DNA of 64,000 nucleotides from positions 94,492 to 158,491 of the forward strand of contig JBAQNN010000002.1 of NCBI GenBank assembly GCA_049303835.1, written 5' to 3'. Both the position numbers and the translations under genes were made by a program. Within the stretch, counting starts at the first letter, position 1; the number at the start of each line of letters is the position of its first letter. This DNA is from Minisyncoccia bacterium (GTDB taxonomy: Bacteria > Patescibacteriota > Minisyncoccia > Phycocordibacterales > UBA9973). Positions 1 to 9,754 of the stretch are shown piece after piece. The notes beneath the pieces are model-generated. The model was not told where the DNA came from. It was given only the letters and a program-made list of their open reading frames with translations, and searched no databases.

Positions 1-495
1 AAGCAGAAGTAAATCCGGGTCCTGGATAATAGCTGAAGCGAGAAGCAGTCGTGCTTGTTGCCCTCCGGAAAAAGTTTTGATTATTCTGTCGTGTACTTTG
101 GTATGACCCCTGAGATTTACCACTTCTAAAACATCGTCTATCCGGGGATCAATGTCATACACTTTCGCTGAAGTTTTATTTTGGAAGCATTTTAAAAAGA
201 ATTCTCTTACGGTCAGGTCAAGTTGGTCGCGAGGAATCACTTGTAAGGCTTGGGCGATGCTTATTCCATTCACTATATTTATAATCCCTGATTCCGGAGA
301 GAGTACCCCGGAAATCAAACCAAAGATAGTACTCTTGCCGGCTCCATTTTGACCCATTAAAGTGAATTTTGTACCTCGTCTTATGGTAAAGCTCACTCCG
401 TCCAAGATAGGCATATTAACCCCCCATTCATATGAGACATTATCAAAACGAACTATAGTTTCTTGGGTTTTTGGTGTTTCTTTAACTTCTTTCAT
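1..495 (-). CDS. ABC-F-type ABC ATPase, N-terminal part (gene runs off window start)
   Basis: Own translation of minus strand from ATG (complement of 493-495): MKEVKETPKTQETIVRFDNVSYEW... It has a Walker A (GQNGAGKST) and then FSGGQQARLLLASAIIQDPDLLLL at the window edge. It is absent from the ORF track because it has no stop inside the window. Confidence 0.8.
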   Translation of the reverse strand, partial: MKEVKETPKTQETIVRFDNVSYEWGVNMPILDGVSFTIRRGTKFTLMGQNGAGKSTIFGLISGVLSPESGIINIVNGISIAQALQVIPRDQLDLTVREFFLKCFQNKTSAKVYDIDPRIDDVLEVVNLRGHTKVHDRIIKTFSGGQQARLLLASAIIQDPDLLLL

Positions 496-539
496 TGGTG
501 TAGATTAACCTATTTAAGACAAAATAGCGAGTATTTTGC

Positions 540-569
540 TTGACAAATGGTGTATCTTTGTGATATACT
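540..569 (+). promoter_or_regulatory. sigma70-like promoter of cold-shock gene (TTGACA, 18 nt, TATACT), giving a ~75-nt 5' UTR
   Basis: TTGACA at 540-545 and TATACT at 564-569, read directly. A long leader is typical of csp genes. Confidence 0.45.
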
Positions 570-649
570 TACTACTGTACAAAGTAGGTGCGAAAAGAGT
601 CGATTTTAGAGCTATCTATTTGTAATTTAATAACTTAAATAAAAAATCA

Positions 650-847
650 ATGACTGGTACAATAAAAAGACTCACTGATAAAGGTTTCGGCTTTATAACC
701 GGAGAAGGCCTTGCGAAAGATTTATTCTTTCACAGCAATTCTTTGGTTGGCGTAACCTTTGATGAGCTCAAAGAAGGTGATGCTGTTTCTTTTGAAACTG
801 AAGAATCACCAAAAGGATTGAATGCTGTGAACGTACAACGCGCATAA
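650..847 (+). CDS. cold-shock protein (CspA family)
   Basis: 65 aa, GTIKRLTDKGFGFI... with RNP1-like KGFGFI and FFHSNSL motifs. Confidence 0.9.
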   Translation: MTGTIKRLTDKGFGFITGEGLAKDLFFHSNSLVGVTFDELKEGDAVSFETEESPKGLNAVNVQRA

Positions 848-860
848 TATTCTCTCTAAT

Positions 861-890
861 AAAAAACCACCCATCTCGGGTGGTTTTTTA
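861..890. terminator. bidirectional rho-independent terminator (csp / thioredoxin-like gene)
   Basis: A-run, stem CCACCC (867-872) / GGGTGG (878-883), 5-nt loop, then a T-run. It lies between convergent genes. Confidence 0.75.
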
Positions 891-900
891 TTTTGAGTTT

Positions 901-1164
901 TTATTTATCTTGTGCCCAAGCTTTTAGATTCTCGTAACTATCCTGCCCACAAATCCACTTTTCTGTTTTTGTATTATAAAAAAAAGGCACCCCTCCACAG
1001 AAATCTTTATCAAGGGCAATCAATCGTGCTTCATTCTCTTTATTGTGCCAAACTTCAATGGCTTCCACTTTTATTCCCTCTTCTTTTTCCAGTCGCCCCA
1101 CCAGCTCATGCATAGAAACACAGTGCGGACACTCGGTTCCATAAAATTCAAGTAGGTGTGACAT
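901..1164 (-). CDS. thioredoxin-fold / glutaredoxin-like protein
   Basis: 87 aa with a CPHC redox motif near the N-terminus and GGVPFF later. Confidence 0.7.
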   Translation of the reverse strand: MSHLLEFYGTECPHCVSMHELVGRLEKEEGIKVEAIEVWHNKENEARLIALDKDFCGGVPFFYNTKTEKWICGQDSYENLKAWAQDK

Positions 1165-1169
1165 AAAAA

Positions 1170-1421
1170 CTATTTAGTTAATCTTGATAAACGAGACTTT
1201 TTGTTAGCGGCGTTATTCTTCTTGATGACCCCTCTTTTAGCAGCTTTGTCTATCACCTGATAAGCGCCCGAGAGCATTTTTAATGCTTCAGCCTTGTCTG
1301 TCTTGGCAATTTTCTCAATCTTTTTGATTATTTCCTTCATCACCTTTTTTCTTTGGTCATTGAGGGCCTTTTTGCGAAGTGATCCGCGAATAGCTTTTTT
1401 AGCTGATTGTGTTATTGGCAT
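1170..1421 (-). CDS. rpsT: 30S ribosomal protein S20
   Basis: 83 aa, basic, MPITQSAKKAIR...; typical S20 N-terminus and length. Confidence 0.9.
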   Translation of the reverse strand: MPITQSAKKAIRGSLRKKALNDQRKKVMKEIIKKIEKIAKTDKAEALKMLSGAYQVIDKAAKRGVIKKNNAANKKSRLSRLTK

Positions 1422-1480
1422 ATATGTTAATTTAACAGAAAAACCTTAAAAATGCAACTCGTCCGTCCGTAAATGAAATA

Positions 1481-1489
1481 TGATATAAT
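1481..1489 (+). promoter_or_regulatory. extended -10 (TGATATAAT) 6 nt upstream of ruvA ATG; predicted leaderless mRNA
   Basis: Read directly: TATAAT at 1484-1489, ATG at 1496. Confidence 0.45.
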
Positions 1490-1495
1490 CAGCTT

Positions 1496-2086
1496 ATGAT
1501 TGGAAGTATCAGAGGGAAAATAGCGCTAAAAACAGAAAAATTTATCCTGGTAGAGACTGGCGGGGTGGGCTATAAAATAAGCATCTCCCCTGACACTTTA
1601 TCCAAGACCTCAAAAATTGGAGATGAAATTTTTCTTTTCATTCACACGCACGTGCGCGAAGACGCATTAGACTTATACGGATTTCTAAACCTTAGAGAAT
1701 TAGAGTTTTTTGAAATGCTCATTAATGTATCCGGCATAGGACCAAAAGGAGCACTCGCCATTTTGGGGATCGCTTCAATTGACACACTAGAGCACGCCAT
1801 AGGCACCGGAGATACGAGCTATCTCACAAAGATTTCCGGTATCGGCAAAAAAACAGCGGAAAAGATAGTAATTGAATTGCGAGACAAACTAGCCGAGAAG
1901 ATAAAAGGTTCTCATGAAGAAGGATCTCTACAAGGAGAGTTGGACGTTTTGGAGGCTCTAAAATCACTTGGCTATTCTCAAAACGAAGCTCGTGATGCCT
2001 TGAAAAAATGTGCCCCGGATACAAATACTAATACAAAAATCCGCGAAGCCTTGAAAATTTTAGGAGGCCATGCCAAAGGCAGGTAA
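1496..2086 (+). CDS. ruvA: Holliday junction helicase subunit RuvA
   Basis: 196 aa, MIGSIRGKI..., HhH motifs (ISGIGPKGA, ISGIGKKTAEKI), C-terminal domain III. Confidence 0.9.
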   Translation: MIGSIRGKIALKTEKFILVETGGVGYKISISPDTLSKTSKIGDEIFLFIHTHVREDALDLYGFLNLRELEFFEMLINVSGIGPKGALAILGIASIDTLEHAIGTGDTSYLTKISGIGKKTAEKIVIELRDKLAEKIKGSHEEGSLQGELDVLEALKSLGYSQNEARDALKKCAPDTNTNTKIREALKILGGHAKGR

Positions 2087-2096
2087 AAAATAAATT

Positions 2097-2939
2097 ATGC
2101 CAGAATTACCGGAAGTTGAAACTACCAAGAGAGGTCTAGAAAAGACCATTTTGGGGTTGGCAATAAAAGACGTGTGGACTGACTTATCTACAGCAGATAA
2201 ACGCAAAAGCGACACTGTCGCCAATCCAAAATATTTTAAAGTTTTTAAAAAAGAAATTCTAAATAAAAAAGTAACTTCTATAGAAAGAAGGGCAAAAAAT
2301 ATTTTGATAAACCTGTCCGGAGACAAAACCATTCTAGTCCACATGAAGATGACCGGGTATCTTTTTTACGGCAAAGACCCAAAAATTAAATTTGCGCACG
2401 TGATTTTTACTTTAAGTAACGGCTGCTATTTGGTTTTTTCCGACATGCGAAAGTTTGGAAAAATGACTTTACTGAGCCGTCGGCAGGAGGAAGTACTTTC
2501 AGGACTAGGCCCGGAACCATTGGAAAAACAATTCACGATTACAAATTTTAAATTACGAATTAGCAAAAAACCCAACGGTAAAATTAAAACTGTCCTGATG
2601 AATCAAAGTGTCCTCGCCGGTATTGGAAATATTTATTCCGATGAGATACTTTGGCGCGCCGGAGTATGTCCCGAGAGAAAAGTTTATAATCTAAAAGAAA
2701 CAGAAATTAAATTAATTTTTAAAGCCATTAAAGAGACACTCGCTAAGGGCATAGATTTTGGCGGAGATTCAATGTCGGATTATAAAAATATTTATGGCTT
2801 GCCGGGGAAATTTCAACTTCATCATCAGGCCTACAGACGTACGGGAGAAAAATGCCGAAAACCGCACTGTAAAGGCATCATAAAAAGAAAAGTCATAAAC
2901 GGTCGTAGCGCGCACTTTTGCTCAGTACATCAGAAATAA
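2097..2939 (+). CDS. mutM: formamidopyrimidine-DNA glycosylase (Fpg/MutM)
   Basis: 280 aa, N-terminal MPELPEVET, H2TH region, C-terminal zinc finger CxxC...C. Confidence 0.9.
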   Translation: MPELPEVETTKRGLEKTILGLAIKDVWTDLSTADKRKSDTVANPKYFKVFKKEILNKKVTSIERRAKNILINLSGDKTILVHMKMTGYLFYGKDPKIKFAHVIFTLSNGCYLVFSDMRKFGKMTLLSRRQEEVLSGLGPEPLEKQFTITNFKLRISKKPNGKIKTVLMNQSVLAGIGNIYSDEILWRAGVCPERKVYNLKETEIKLIFKAIKETLAKGIDFGGDSMSDYKNIYGLPGKFQLHHQAYRRTGEKCRKPHCKGIIKRKVINGRSAHFCSVHQK

Positions 2940-2984
2940 AAAAGATAAAATTCCTTAGACTATCATATATGATATACTAAAGAA

Positions 2985-3464
2985 TTAAATTTTTAGCATT
3001 CCAAAGAGTGCCACACCCAAGGCTACCGAGACATTTAGTGATTCCTTTTTTCCACGCATTGGAATCTCAGCAACAATATCGCACTTTTTTAAAATATTCT
3101 TTGGTATACCTGTCACTTCCGCCCCGACAATGAACGCGTTTCTATTTTGTAACTTTACTTTTTTGTAATCAATAGACTTTTTATCTTGTTCTATGCCAAT
3201 AATTAAATATTTTTCTTTCTTTAATTTAGTGAGTAATTGTAAAATATTTTTCTTCTGTTCCCATTTCACAAATTCTTCCGCCCCGAGCGCAGACTTTGCC
3301 AAGTCTCCTCTCTTCCTACCGAAACGATCCAGCGGCGTAGGCGTGTACCCCGTCAAATAAATCTTATCTATCCCCGCCGCATCCGCCGTGCGAAACATCG
3401 CTCCGACATTTTCCACACTTCGTATGTCATTTAATATTAAAATGTTTTTTTGATTCATAATCAT
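2985..3464 (-). CDS. SpoU/TrmH-family RNA 2'-O-methyltransferase
   Basis: 159 aa, NVGAMFRTADAAG and IPMRG..ESLNVSVA motifs of the SPOUT class. 4-nt overlap with uvrC. Confidence 0.8.
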   Translation of the reverse strand: MIMNQKNILILNDIRSVENVGAMFRTADAAGIDKIYLTGYTPTPLDRFGRKRGDLAKSALGAEEFVKWEQKKNILQLLTKLKKEKYLIIGIEQDKKSIDYKKVKLQNRNAFIVGAEVTGIPKNILKKCDIVAEIPMRGKKESLNVSVALGVALFGMLKI

Positions 3465-4690
3465 TTTAGAAAGTTTCTATTCCTCATATTTTTATGATAA
3501 GCGATAGCAAAGCGGTGAGATTCACTGTTTGCTAATAAAATTTCTTTTTTATATTTCAACCCAAACTCTCTATCCCCCATTATTGCTCTGGCTTTATGAT
3601 GTTCATCTTTTACAACTGAGACTACCGGGATATTTATTTTTAATTTATTTAAAATTTTTCTAGCAATATTTATTTGCGCCATACCGCCATCCACCACTAT
3701 CAAATTCGGGTAAGTCCATTCTGTGTGGGCAAGGCGTCTTTCCAATACTTCTTTCAAGGCTCCAGTATCGTTCGCATCAGTTTGCGTTCTAATTTTAAAT
3801 TTTTTATATTCATTTTTTACCACTTCCCCATCTTCCATCACCACCATGACCCCCACCATATTTTTGCCACCCATATGCGCAATATCATAAGCCTCTATAC
3901 GAGCTCCTGAAACAAGAAAATTTTTATTCGTGTGGGCCCCGCCCGGTACTCCGGGAAGGGAGGAACGAGAAAAATTTTCTTGTTTCAGGAGTGCCACATC
4001 GTTTATGTGCTTCAGTGCAAACATTTGTCTCTTTATTTCCCCCGCTTTCTCAAATTCCTGCTTTTTAGCATACTCTTGCATTTCTTTTTTAAGATTTTTA
4101 AAAATTCTTTTCTTTTTACCCTCAAAAAACAAAATAATATTTTTTATATTTTGTTTATATAATTTTTTATCGTTCAAATCAGGAACCAGGTTTATCTGTT
4201 TATAAAATTCCAAATAGTTCTTGCTTTTCTCGTCCAAAAATGGAAAAATCCTTCGTACTATTTTTAAAGCTTCTCTGAGTTGGGAGCCATTCGGGTAAGG
4301 TCCAAAAACGTTCTTTTCATTTTTTAAATTTTTTCCTCTAACAATAATTACTTTTGGAAGTTGTTCGTCTGTGACACAAACATAATTAAAACTTTTATCC
4401 GATTTTTCTTTAGTATTATACTTCGGCTGATGTTTTTTAATGAGTTTTGCTTCCAGAATAAGCGCTTCCAAGACACTGTCTGTGATCTGCCATTTTATTT
4501 TATCCGCCTTAAAAACCATATCCACTAAGATGGGTCCCCTCGTCTGTATCAAGTCTTTCCCAAAATAACTTCTCACCCTATCTTTAAGCGACGTAGCTTT
4601 GCCAATGTAAATGATTTTCCCTTTTTCTAAGAAAAAATAGACACCGGAATTATCAGGTATTTTAAATTTTTTTAGATTTTTACTATTCAT
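3461..4690 (-). CDS. uvrC: excinuclease ABC subunit C (short form, no C-terminal HhH)
   Basis: 409 aa, GIY-YIG (GVYFF...IYIGKA), UVR domain (EFEKAGEIKRQ), then the IEAYDIAHMGG endonuclease region. Confidence 0.85.
   Translation of the reverse strand: MNSKNLKKFKIPDNSGVYFFLEKGKIIYIGKATSLKDRVRSYFGKDLIQTRGPILVDMVFKADKIKWQITDSVLEALILEAKLIKKHQPKYNTKEKSDKSFNYVCVTDEQLPKVIIVRGKNLKNEKNVFGPYPNGSQLREALKIVRRIFPFLDEKSKNYLEFYKQINLVPDLNDKKLYKQNIKNIILFFEGKKKRIFKNLKKEMQEYAKKQEFEKAGEIKRQMFALKHINDVALLKQENFSRSSLPGVPGGAHTNKNFLVSGARIEAYDIAHMGGKNMVGVMVVMEDGEVVKNEYKKFKIRTQTDANDTGALKEVLERRLAHTEWTYPNLIVVDGGMAQINIARKILNKLKINIPVVSVVKDEHHKARAIMGDREFGLKYKKEILLANSESHRFAIAYHKNMRNRNFLK
3904..3991. repeat. in-frame hairpin insertion inside uvrC (22-bp perfect stem, GC-rich core)
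   Basis: 3904-3925 CTCCTGAAACAAGAAAATTTTT is the exact reverse complement of 3970-3991. The core contains CCCGG-TACT-CCGGG. Confidence 0.7.
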
Positions 4691-4691
4691 A

Positions 4692-7358
4692 TTATCTTCT
4701 TAAAACTTTTTTAAGGTATTTACCTGTATGAGATTTGCTATTATTGGCGACTTCTTCCGGAGTTCCTTTGGCTACAATATTTCCTCCTTTCACTCCACCC
4801 TCAGGTCCAATATCTATAATGTAATCTGAGCTTTTAATAATATCAAGGTTGTGTTCTATGAGAACAACGGTATTGCCTTTGGAAACCAGTTTATTTAAAA
4901 CTTCTAAAAGCTTTTGTACGTCATCATAATGAAGCCCGACTGTCGGCTCATCTAAAAGGTAAATAGTTTTTTCTAAATGCGGACGATAAAGTTCGCTTGA
5001 GATTTTTACCCTCTGTGCTTCCCCTCCGGATAGCGTCGTCGCTGGTTGTCCAATCTCAAGATATCCTAGACCCACATCCATCAAAGTCTGTAGCCTGTCA
5101 GAAACTGCTGGAATATCTTTAAAAAATTCCAATCCTTTTTCCACCGTCATACGAAGCACTTCATAAATATTTTTCTTCTTATATTTTACAGTAAGAGTTT
5201 CTTTATCAAAACGCTTTCCTCCACACACATCACAAGTCACATAAACCGTCGGCAAAAAATGCATCTCTACGGCAATTTCTCCATTACCCTCACAAGCTTC
5301 ACAACGTCCGCCCTTCACATTGAAAGAAAAACGGTTTGCTTTCCAGCCTCGCAATCGTGCTTCTTCTGTAGAAGCGAAAAGATCTCGAATATGCGTAAAA
5401 GCACCAGTATAAGTGGCTATATTTGATCTAGGAGTCCTGCCTATTGGTGACTGATCAATCAATATCGCGCGAGAAAGATACTCCGTACCAGAAAATGAAG
5501 AACAGTTAGATACCTGCGCTGTGCGATATTTTCTTTCATAACGCGCCTGTAAATTTTTATAAAGAATTTCATACATAAAAGAACTTTTACCAGAACCAGA
5601 AACTCCAGTGATGGATGTCATCACTCCGAGGGGCACTTCCACATTCATGTTGTTTATATTAAAAATTTTTCCCCCACTTACCCTAAGCGCACCCTTGGCT
5701 TGTCGTCTTTTTTCCGGAACTTCTATTTTTATTTCTTCCCGTAAATAAGCGAGAGTTCTAGAATTATTTACATTCTTTTTGGCAGTTAATAAATCCTCTA
5801 AATAACCGGAAGCTATCACCTCTCCACCGTGCACTCCTGCCTTAGGTCCGATATCCACAATATAATCAGAAGCATAGATAGTGTCTTCATCATGTTCCAC
5901 GATCAAAATTGTATTCCCTAAATCACGAAGATTTTGAAGAGTTTTAATTAATCTATCATTGTCTCGCTGGTGAAGACCTATCGTGGGTTCATCTAATACA
6001 TAAAGCGCACCGACCAACCTAGAACCAAGCTGGGAGGCCAGACGGATGCGTTGCGCTTCTCCCCCAGAGAGCGTGTTGGCCTTACGAGACAGTTGCAGAT
6101 AGTCCAAACCGACATCCAACATAAACTGGAGCCTAGCTTCTATCTCCCTCACCACCGGCACAGATATTTCTTTCTCTTGTGGGGAAAGTTTTAAATTCTT
6201 AAAGAAGTCATGCGCATCTTTAATGGAGAGCGAAGACAATTCCAAGATATTTATTTTTTTGTTTTTATCCGCTTCTAAAAATACATTGAGAGCTTCGGGA
6301 CGCAGTCTGGCACCATGACAAGTATCACACGGCTCATCTCCCATAAAATATTTTGAACCCAAACCATTACATTCCGGACAAGCCCCATAGGGAGAATTAA
6401 AAGAAAACAGCCTCGGCTCAACTTCCGGAAAAGAAAAGCCGTCATTTTTACAAGCAAATTTTGAGGACATAATAAATTCATTATCTCCGATCTTGATAGT
6501 AACCAGTCCGTCGGATTCAATAAGCGTTCGCTCTATCGCCTCGGATAAACGCATCCTACTTGCTTCTTTGTCATCAACAAACTCATGCACCGCAAAACTA
6601 TCTACTAGAATATCTATGTTGTGAGCTTTGTTTTTAGAGAGAGTAATTTGTTCTCGCAGTTTTTTCATCGCGCCATCCAAACGGATTTCGGCAAAACCTT
6701 TGCCAAGTAAATCATAAAGCATTTGGTAATATTCCCCTTTCCTCCCACGAACTACTGGTGAAAAAATACTAATTTCTGTTTCATCAAACTCCACCCCCAT
6801 CACTTTCCTCACATTCTTTTTTGGAGTTCGGGAAGAAGAATTTTGAACGGGAAAGGTTCCAGCCGGAGGCTGGAGTAATCCGGAAAAATTCTTCTTCCCG
6901 AACTCTCCCACTTTTTCCAAAACAAAATTCAAAATTTCTTCATTGGAAAGTTTTTTAATTTCCTCTCCACACAAAGGGCAATGCGGATGTCCGATGCGCG
7001 CATACATCACCCGCAAATAATCATAAATTTCTGTGATAGTAGCCACAGTGGAACGTGGGTTATTTGAACGAGATTTTTGGTCAATAGAAATTGCCGGTGA
7101 AAGACCGGTAATCTCATCCACATCTGGTTTCGGCATTTGATTTAAAAATTGTCGCGCGTAAGAAGACAGGGATTCCACATATCTCCTTTGCCCTTCCGCA
7201 AAGATAGTGTCAAAAGCCAAGGATGATTTTCCAGACCCGGAGACACCGGTAATAACCACCATCTTATTTCGTGGCATCTCCACGTTTATATTCTTTAAGT
7301 TATGGGTCCGCGCCCCCTTAACTACTATTTTATCTATATTTTTCTCTTGTTTTGTCAT
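4692..7358 (-). CDS. uvrA: excinuclease ABC subunit A
   Basis: Two ABC modules (GVSGSGKSS twice, LSGGEAQR twice) and zinc modules. I prefer the internal start [11 protein letters not shown] at 7358 over the track start at 7394. Confidence 0.9.
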   Translation of the reverse strand: MTKQEKNIDKIVVKGARTHNLKNINVEMPRNKMVVITGVSGSGKSSLAFDTIFAEGQRRYVESLSSYARQFLNQMPKPDVDEITGLSPAISIDQKSRSNNPRSTVATITEIYDYLRVMYARIGHPHCPLCGEEIKKLSNEEILNFVLEKVGEFGKKNFSGLLQPPAGTFPVQNSSSRTPKKNVRKVMGVEFDETEISIFSPVVRGRKGEYYQMLYDLLGKGFAEIRLDGAMKKLREQITLSKNKAHNIDILVDSFAVHEFVDDKEASRMRLSEAIERTLIESDGLVTIKIGDNEFIMSSKFACKNDGFSFPEVEPRLFSFNSPYGACPECNGLGSKYFMGDEPCDTCHGARLRPEALNVFLEADKNKKINILELSSLSIKDAHDFFKNLKLSPQEKEISVPVVREIEARLQFMLDVGLDYLQLSRKANTLSGGEAQRIRLASQLGSRLVGALYVLDEPTIGLHQRDNDRLIKTLQNLRDLGNTILIVEHDEDTIYASDYIVDIGPKAGVHGGEVIASGYLEDLLTAKKNVNNSRTLAYLREEIKIEVPEKRRQAKGALRVSGGKIFNINNMNVEVPLGVMTSITGVSGSGKSSFMYEILYKNLQARYERKYRTAQVSNCSSFSGTEYLSRAILIDQSPIGRTPRSNIATYTGAFTHIRDLFASTEEARLRGWKANRFSFNVKGGRCEACEGNGEIAVEMHFLPTVYVTCDVCGGKRFDKETLTVKYKKKNIYEVLRMTVEKGLEFFKDIPAVSDRLQTLMDVGLGYLEIGQPATTLSGGEAQRVKISSELYRPHLEKTIYLLDEPTVGLHYDDVQKLLEVLNKLVSKGNTVVLIEHNLDIIKSSDYIIDIGPEGGVKGGNIVAKGTPEEVANNSKSHTGKYLKKVLRR
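6824..6905. repeat. in-frame hairpin insertion inside uvrA (21-bp perfect stem, GC-rich core)
   Basis: 6824-6844 GAGTTCGGGAAGAAGAATTTT is the exact reverse complement of 6885-6905. Inner hairpin CCAGCC-GGA-GGCTGG at 6859-6873. Confidence 0.7.
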
Positions 7359-7438
7359 ATTTGTCCGCCCACTAGCGGATAACGCAATGCACACCCCGCT
7401 TTGTTCATAGGGGGTGTCTATCTCAATAATCTAACATA

Positions 7439-9577
7439 CTACTGTTTCTTTTCCAATTTCAACTTGAGTACTCCAATTTCATCCCTCAGTATCGCCGCTG
7501 TTTCAAAATCCAGCTCTTTCACCGCCTTATTCATTTCTTTCTCTTTGATTTTTATTATTTTTTCGTAAATTAGATCACCTATCTCTTCGTCCGAGAGATA
7601 CGATTGCCCTAGGCTAGTGTTTGGTATTCTACTTCTCGATTTTTCCTCTGTTTTTAATCTTTTTGAATAAGCTTTCTTAAAAATTTCCAGATCAAGACCG
7701 AGTTCTGTGTTAACCGTCTTGCCATGTTCGCTTTCCAATTCTTCCGTGATATCTTTTATCTTTTTCAAGATAGTCTTCGGGGTGATGCCATGTTTTTTAT
7801 TATAAGCAAGCTGAATATCTCTACGACGCTTCGTTTCATCAAGAGCGTATTTCATCGCTTTAGTAATGGAGTCGGCATAAAGAATGACTTTTCCTTCGCT
7901 GTTGCGGGCAGCACGACCAATGGTTTGAATCAGAGATGTCTCCGAACGTAAAAACCCTGCCTTGTCTGCATCTAAAATTCCTATTAATGCAACCTCGGGC
8001 AGGTCTAACCCTTCACGGAGAAGATTTACTCCCACCAAAACGTCAAATTCTCCTTTTCTAAATTGAGTCAGGATTTTAATCCTCTCTATGGTTTTTATAT
8101 CACTATGTAAATATTCTGCTTTTATTTTTTTACCCTCCTTGGCGGGTAAATCCTTCAAATAAAGAGAAAGGTCTTCCGCCATCTTTTTGGTAAGTGTCGT
8201 CGCTAAAACCCTGAAACCTTTTTTAATTGTTTTTTCTGTTTCTTCTATAAAATCTTGAATCTGACCTTTGTAGTCTCCTTTTTCATTTACGGGGCGCACT
8301 ACCGTCTCCGGATCTACCAGCCCCGTAGGGCGAATAATCTGCTCCACAATCTGTGTACTTTCTTTTCTCTCCACCTCACTCGGGGTGGCACTAGTGTAAA
8401 TCACCGAACCGATGCGTGCTTGAAATTCTTCATATCTAAGAGGCCTGTTGTCCTTGGCGGAAGGAAGCCGGAAGCCATATTCCACTAGAGTATTTTTACG
8501 AGAAGCATCCCCGGCGTACATACCGTTCAATTGAGGCAGAGTAACGTGCGATTCATCAATGATGGTAAGAAATCCGGTTTTAGGGAAATACGAAAGCAAC
8601 GTCTCCGGAGGCTCCCCTTCTTTCTTGCCGGACAAGTGTCTGGAATAATTTTCTATGCCATTACAATAGCCGACTTCTTTTATCATCGCCAGGTCGTAAT
8701 TTGTTCTTCTTTTGATTCTCTCCGCTTCTAAAAGCTTTTTTTCTTTCTCAAACTTTTTTAACTGGCTATTTAGTTCTTTTTTTATTTCCACTAAAGCTTT
8801 GTTTTTTTTGGTCTCTTCAGTAATAAAGTGTTTCGCGGGGAAAATAAACAAACTATCCTCTTCTTTTAAAATTCGCGAGGAGATTGGATCAACTTTTATT
8901 ATTTTTGAAATTTTTCCATTTTTAAACTCTATTTGATACATCGTGGTCTCGGACACGGGCATAAATTCCACTCGGGGGCCAACAGAACGAAAAGTCCCAG
9001 GGGTCAAATCCGCATTGGTTCGTTCAAAATGAATTTCAATCAATTTTTTCATCAAAACTAATCTGTCTAATTTCATTTCCAACTCTAATTTGAGATTTAC
9101 TTTTTCATATTCTTCTGGAGAACCCAATCCATAAATACAAGAGACCGATGCGACAATAATGACATCCGGCCTGGAGAGGAGAGCTTGCGTAGTAGCATGA
9201 CGCAGACGATCAATTTCTTTATTTATCTGCGCATCTTTTTCAATATACGTGTCCGTTGTCGGCATATAAGCTTCCGGCTGATAGTAGTCGTAATATGAAA
9301 CAAAATAATGCACCGCCGATTCCGGAAAGAATAATCTGAATTCTTGGGCAAGCTGGGCAGCCAGAGTCTTGTTGTGCGCTATTACCAATGTTGGTTTGTT
9401 GTACCCTGCTATGACATTTGCCATAGTAAAAGTCTTGCCCGTACCCGTTGCCCCGAGGAGGGTTTGTTTTTTCATCCCGCTCTCTAGCCCTTTCAATAAA
9501 GCAGAAATAGCCGCAGGTTGATCCCCTGCTGGTTTAAAAGGATTATGTAATTTAAAGACTGCCTTACTTTTCAACAT
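7439..9577 (-). CDS. uvrB: excinuclease ABC subunit B
   Basis: 712 aa, helicase motif I GATGTGKTF, DESH, C-terminal UVR domain (FETAAILRDEI). Confidence 0.95.
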   Translation of the reverse strand: MLKSKAVFKLHNPFKPAGDQPAAISALLKGLESGMKKQTLLGATGTGKTFTMANVIAGYNKPTLVIAHNKTLAAQLAQEFRLFFPESAVHYFVSYYDYYQPEAYMPTTDTYIEKDAQINKEIDRLRHATTQALLSRPDVIIVASVSCIYGLGSPEEYEKVNLKLELEMKLDRLVLMKKLIEIHFERTNADLTPGTFRSVGPRVEFMPVSETTMYQIEFKNGKISKIIKVDPISSRILKEEDSLFIFPAKHFITEETKKNKALVEIKKELNSQLKKFEKEKKLLEAERIKRRTNYDLAMIKEVGYCNGIENYSRHLSGKKEGEPPETLLSYFPKTGFLTIIDESHVTLPQLNGMYAGDASRKNTLVEYGFRLPSAKDNRPLRYEEFQARIGSVIYTSATPSEVERKESTQIVEQIIRPTGLVDPETVVRPVNEKGDYKGQIQDFIEETEKTIKKGFRVLATTLTKKMAEDLSLYLKDLPAKEGKKIKAEYLHSDIKTIERIKILTQFRKGEFDVLVGVNLLREGLDLPEVALIGILDADKAGFLRSETSLIQTIGRAARNSEGKVILYADSITKAMKYALDETKRRRDIQLAYNKKHGITPKTILKKIKDITEELESEHGKTVNTELGLDLEIFKKAYSKRLKTEEKSRSRIPNTSLGQSYLSDEEIGDLIYEKIIKIKEKEMNKAVKELDFETAAILRDEIGVLKLKLEKKQ

Positions 9578-9754
9578 TAATAGAGCTTACCTCATCAAAG
9601 ACATTATTGTAAGCATTGACCACTAAATAAAAAGCCAGACCCGAGCTTATAATAGTAAAAATAAACAAATATAAAAGCGAATGATTCAATTCTTTTATTG
9701 ACGACATAATAGACATTATACCACAAACAATTTTTCTGCTATAATATTCTGGCC

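Noticed and set aside
7359-7394. N-terminal extensions given by the track for uvrA (7394), xth (57329), rpsO (58262), the Ca/Na antiporter (52376), the prgI-like gene (34141) and the 308-aa ORF (61459).
   Set aside because: The extensions overlap a tRNA or the neighbouring gene, use non-ATG codons, or add residues that precede the conserved family N-terminus. In-frame internal ATGs fit better.
7391-7417. The ACACCCC-n13-GGGGTGT hairpin between uvrB and uvrA as an intrinsic terminator.
   Set aside because: No U-tract follows on the transcribed (minus) strand, and uvrA has no obvious promoter of its own. It is more likely an mRNA stability or processing hairpin within a uvrB-uvrA-uvrC transcript.
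9564-9707. A 47-codon minus-strand ORF (MSSIKELNHSLLYLFIFTIISSGLAFYLVVNAYNNVFDEVSSINVEK) upstream of and overlapping the uvrB start.
   Set aside because: It is hydrophobic and plausible as a small membrane protein. But there is no promoter or SD evidence, no recognisable family, and such ORFs arise easily in AT-rich spacers.
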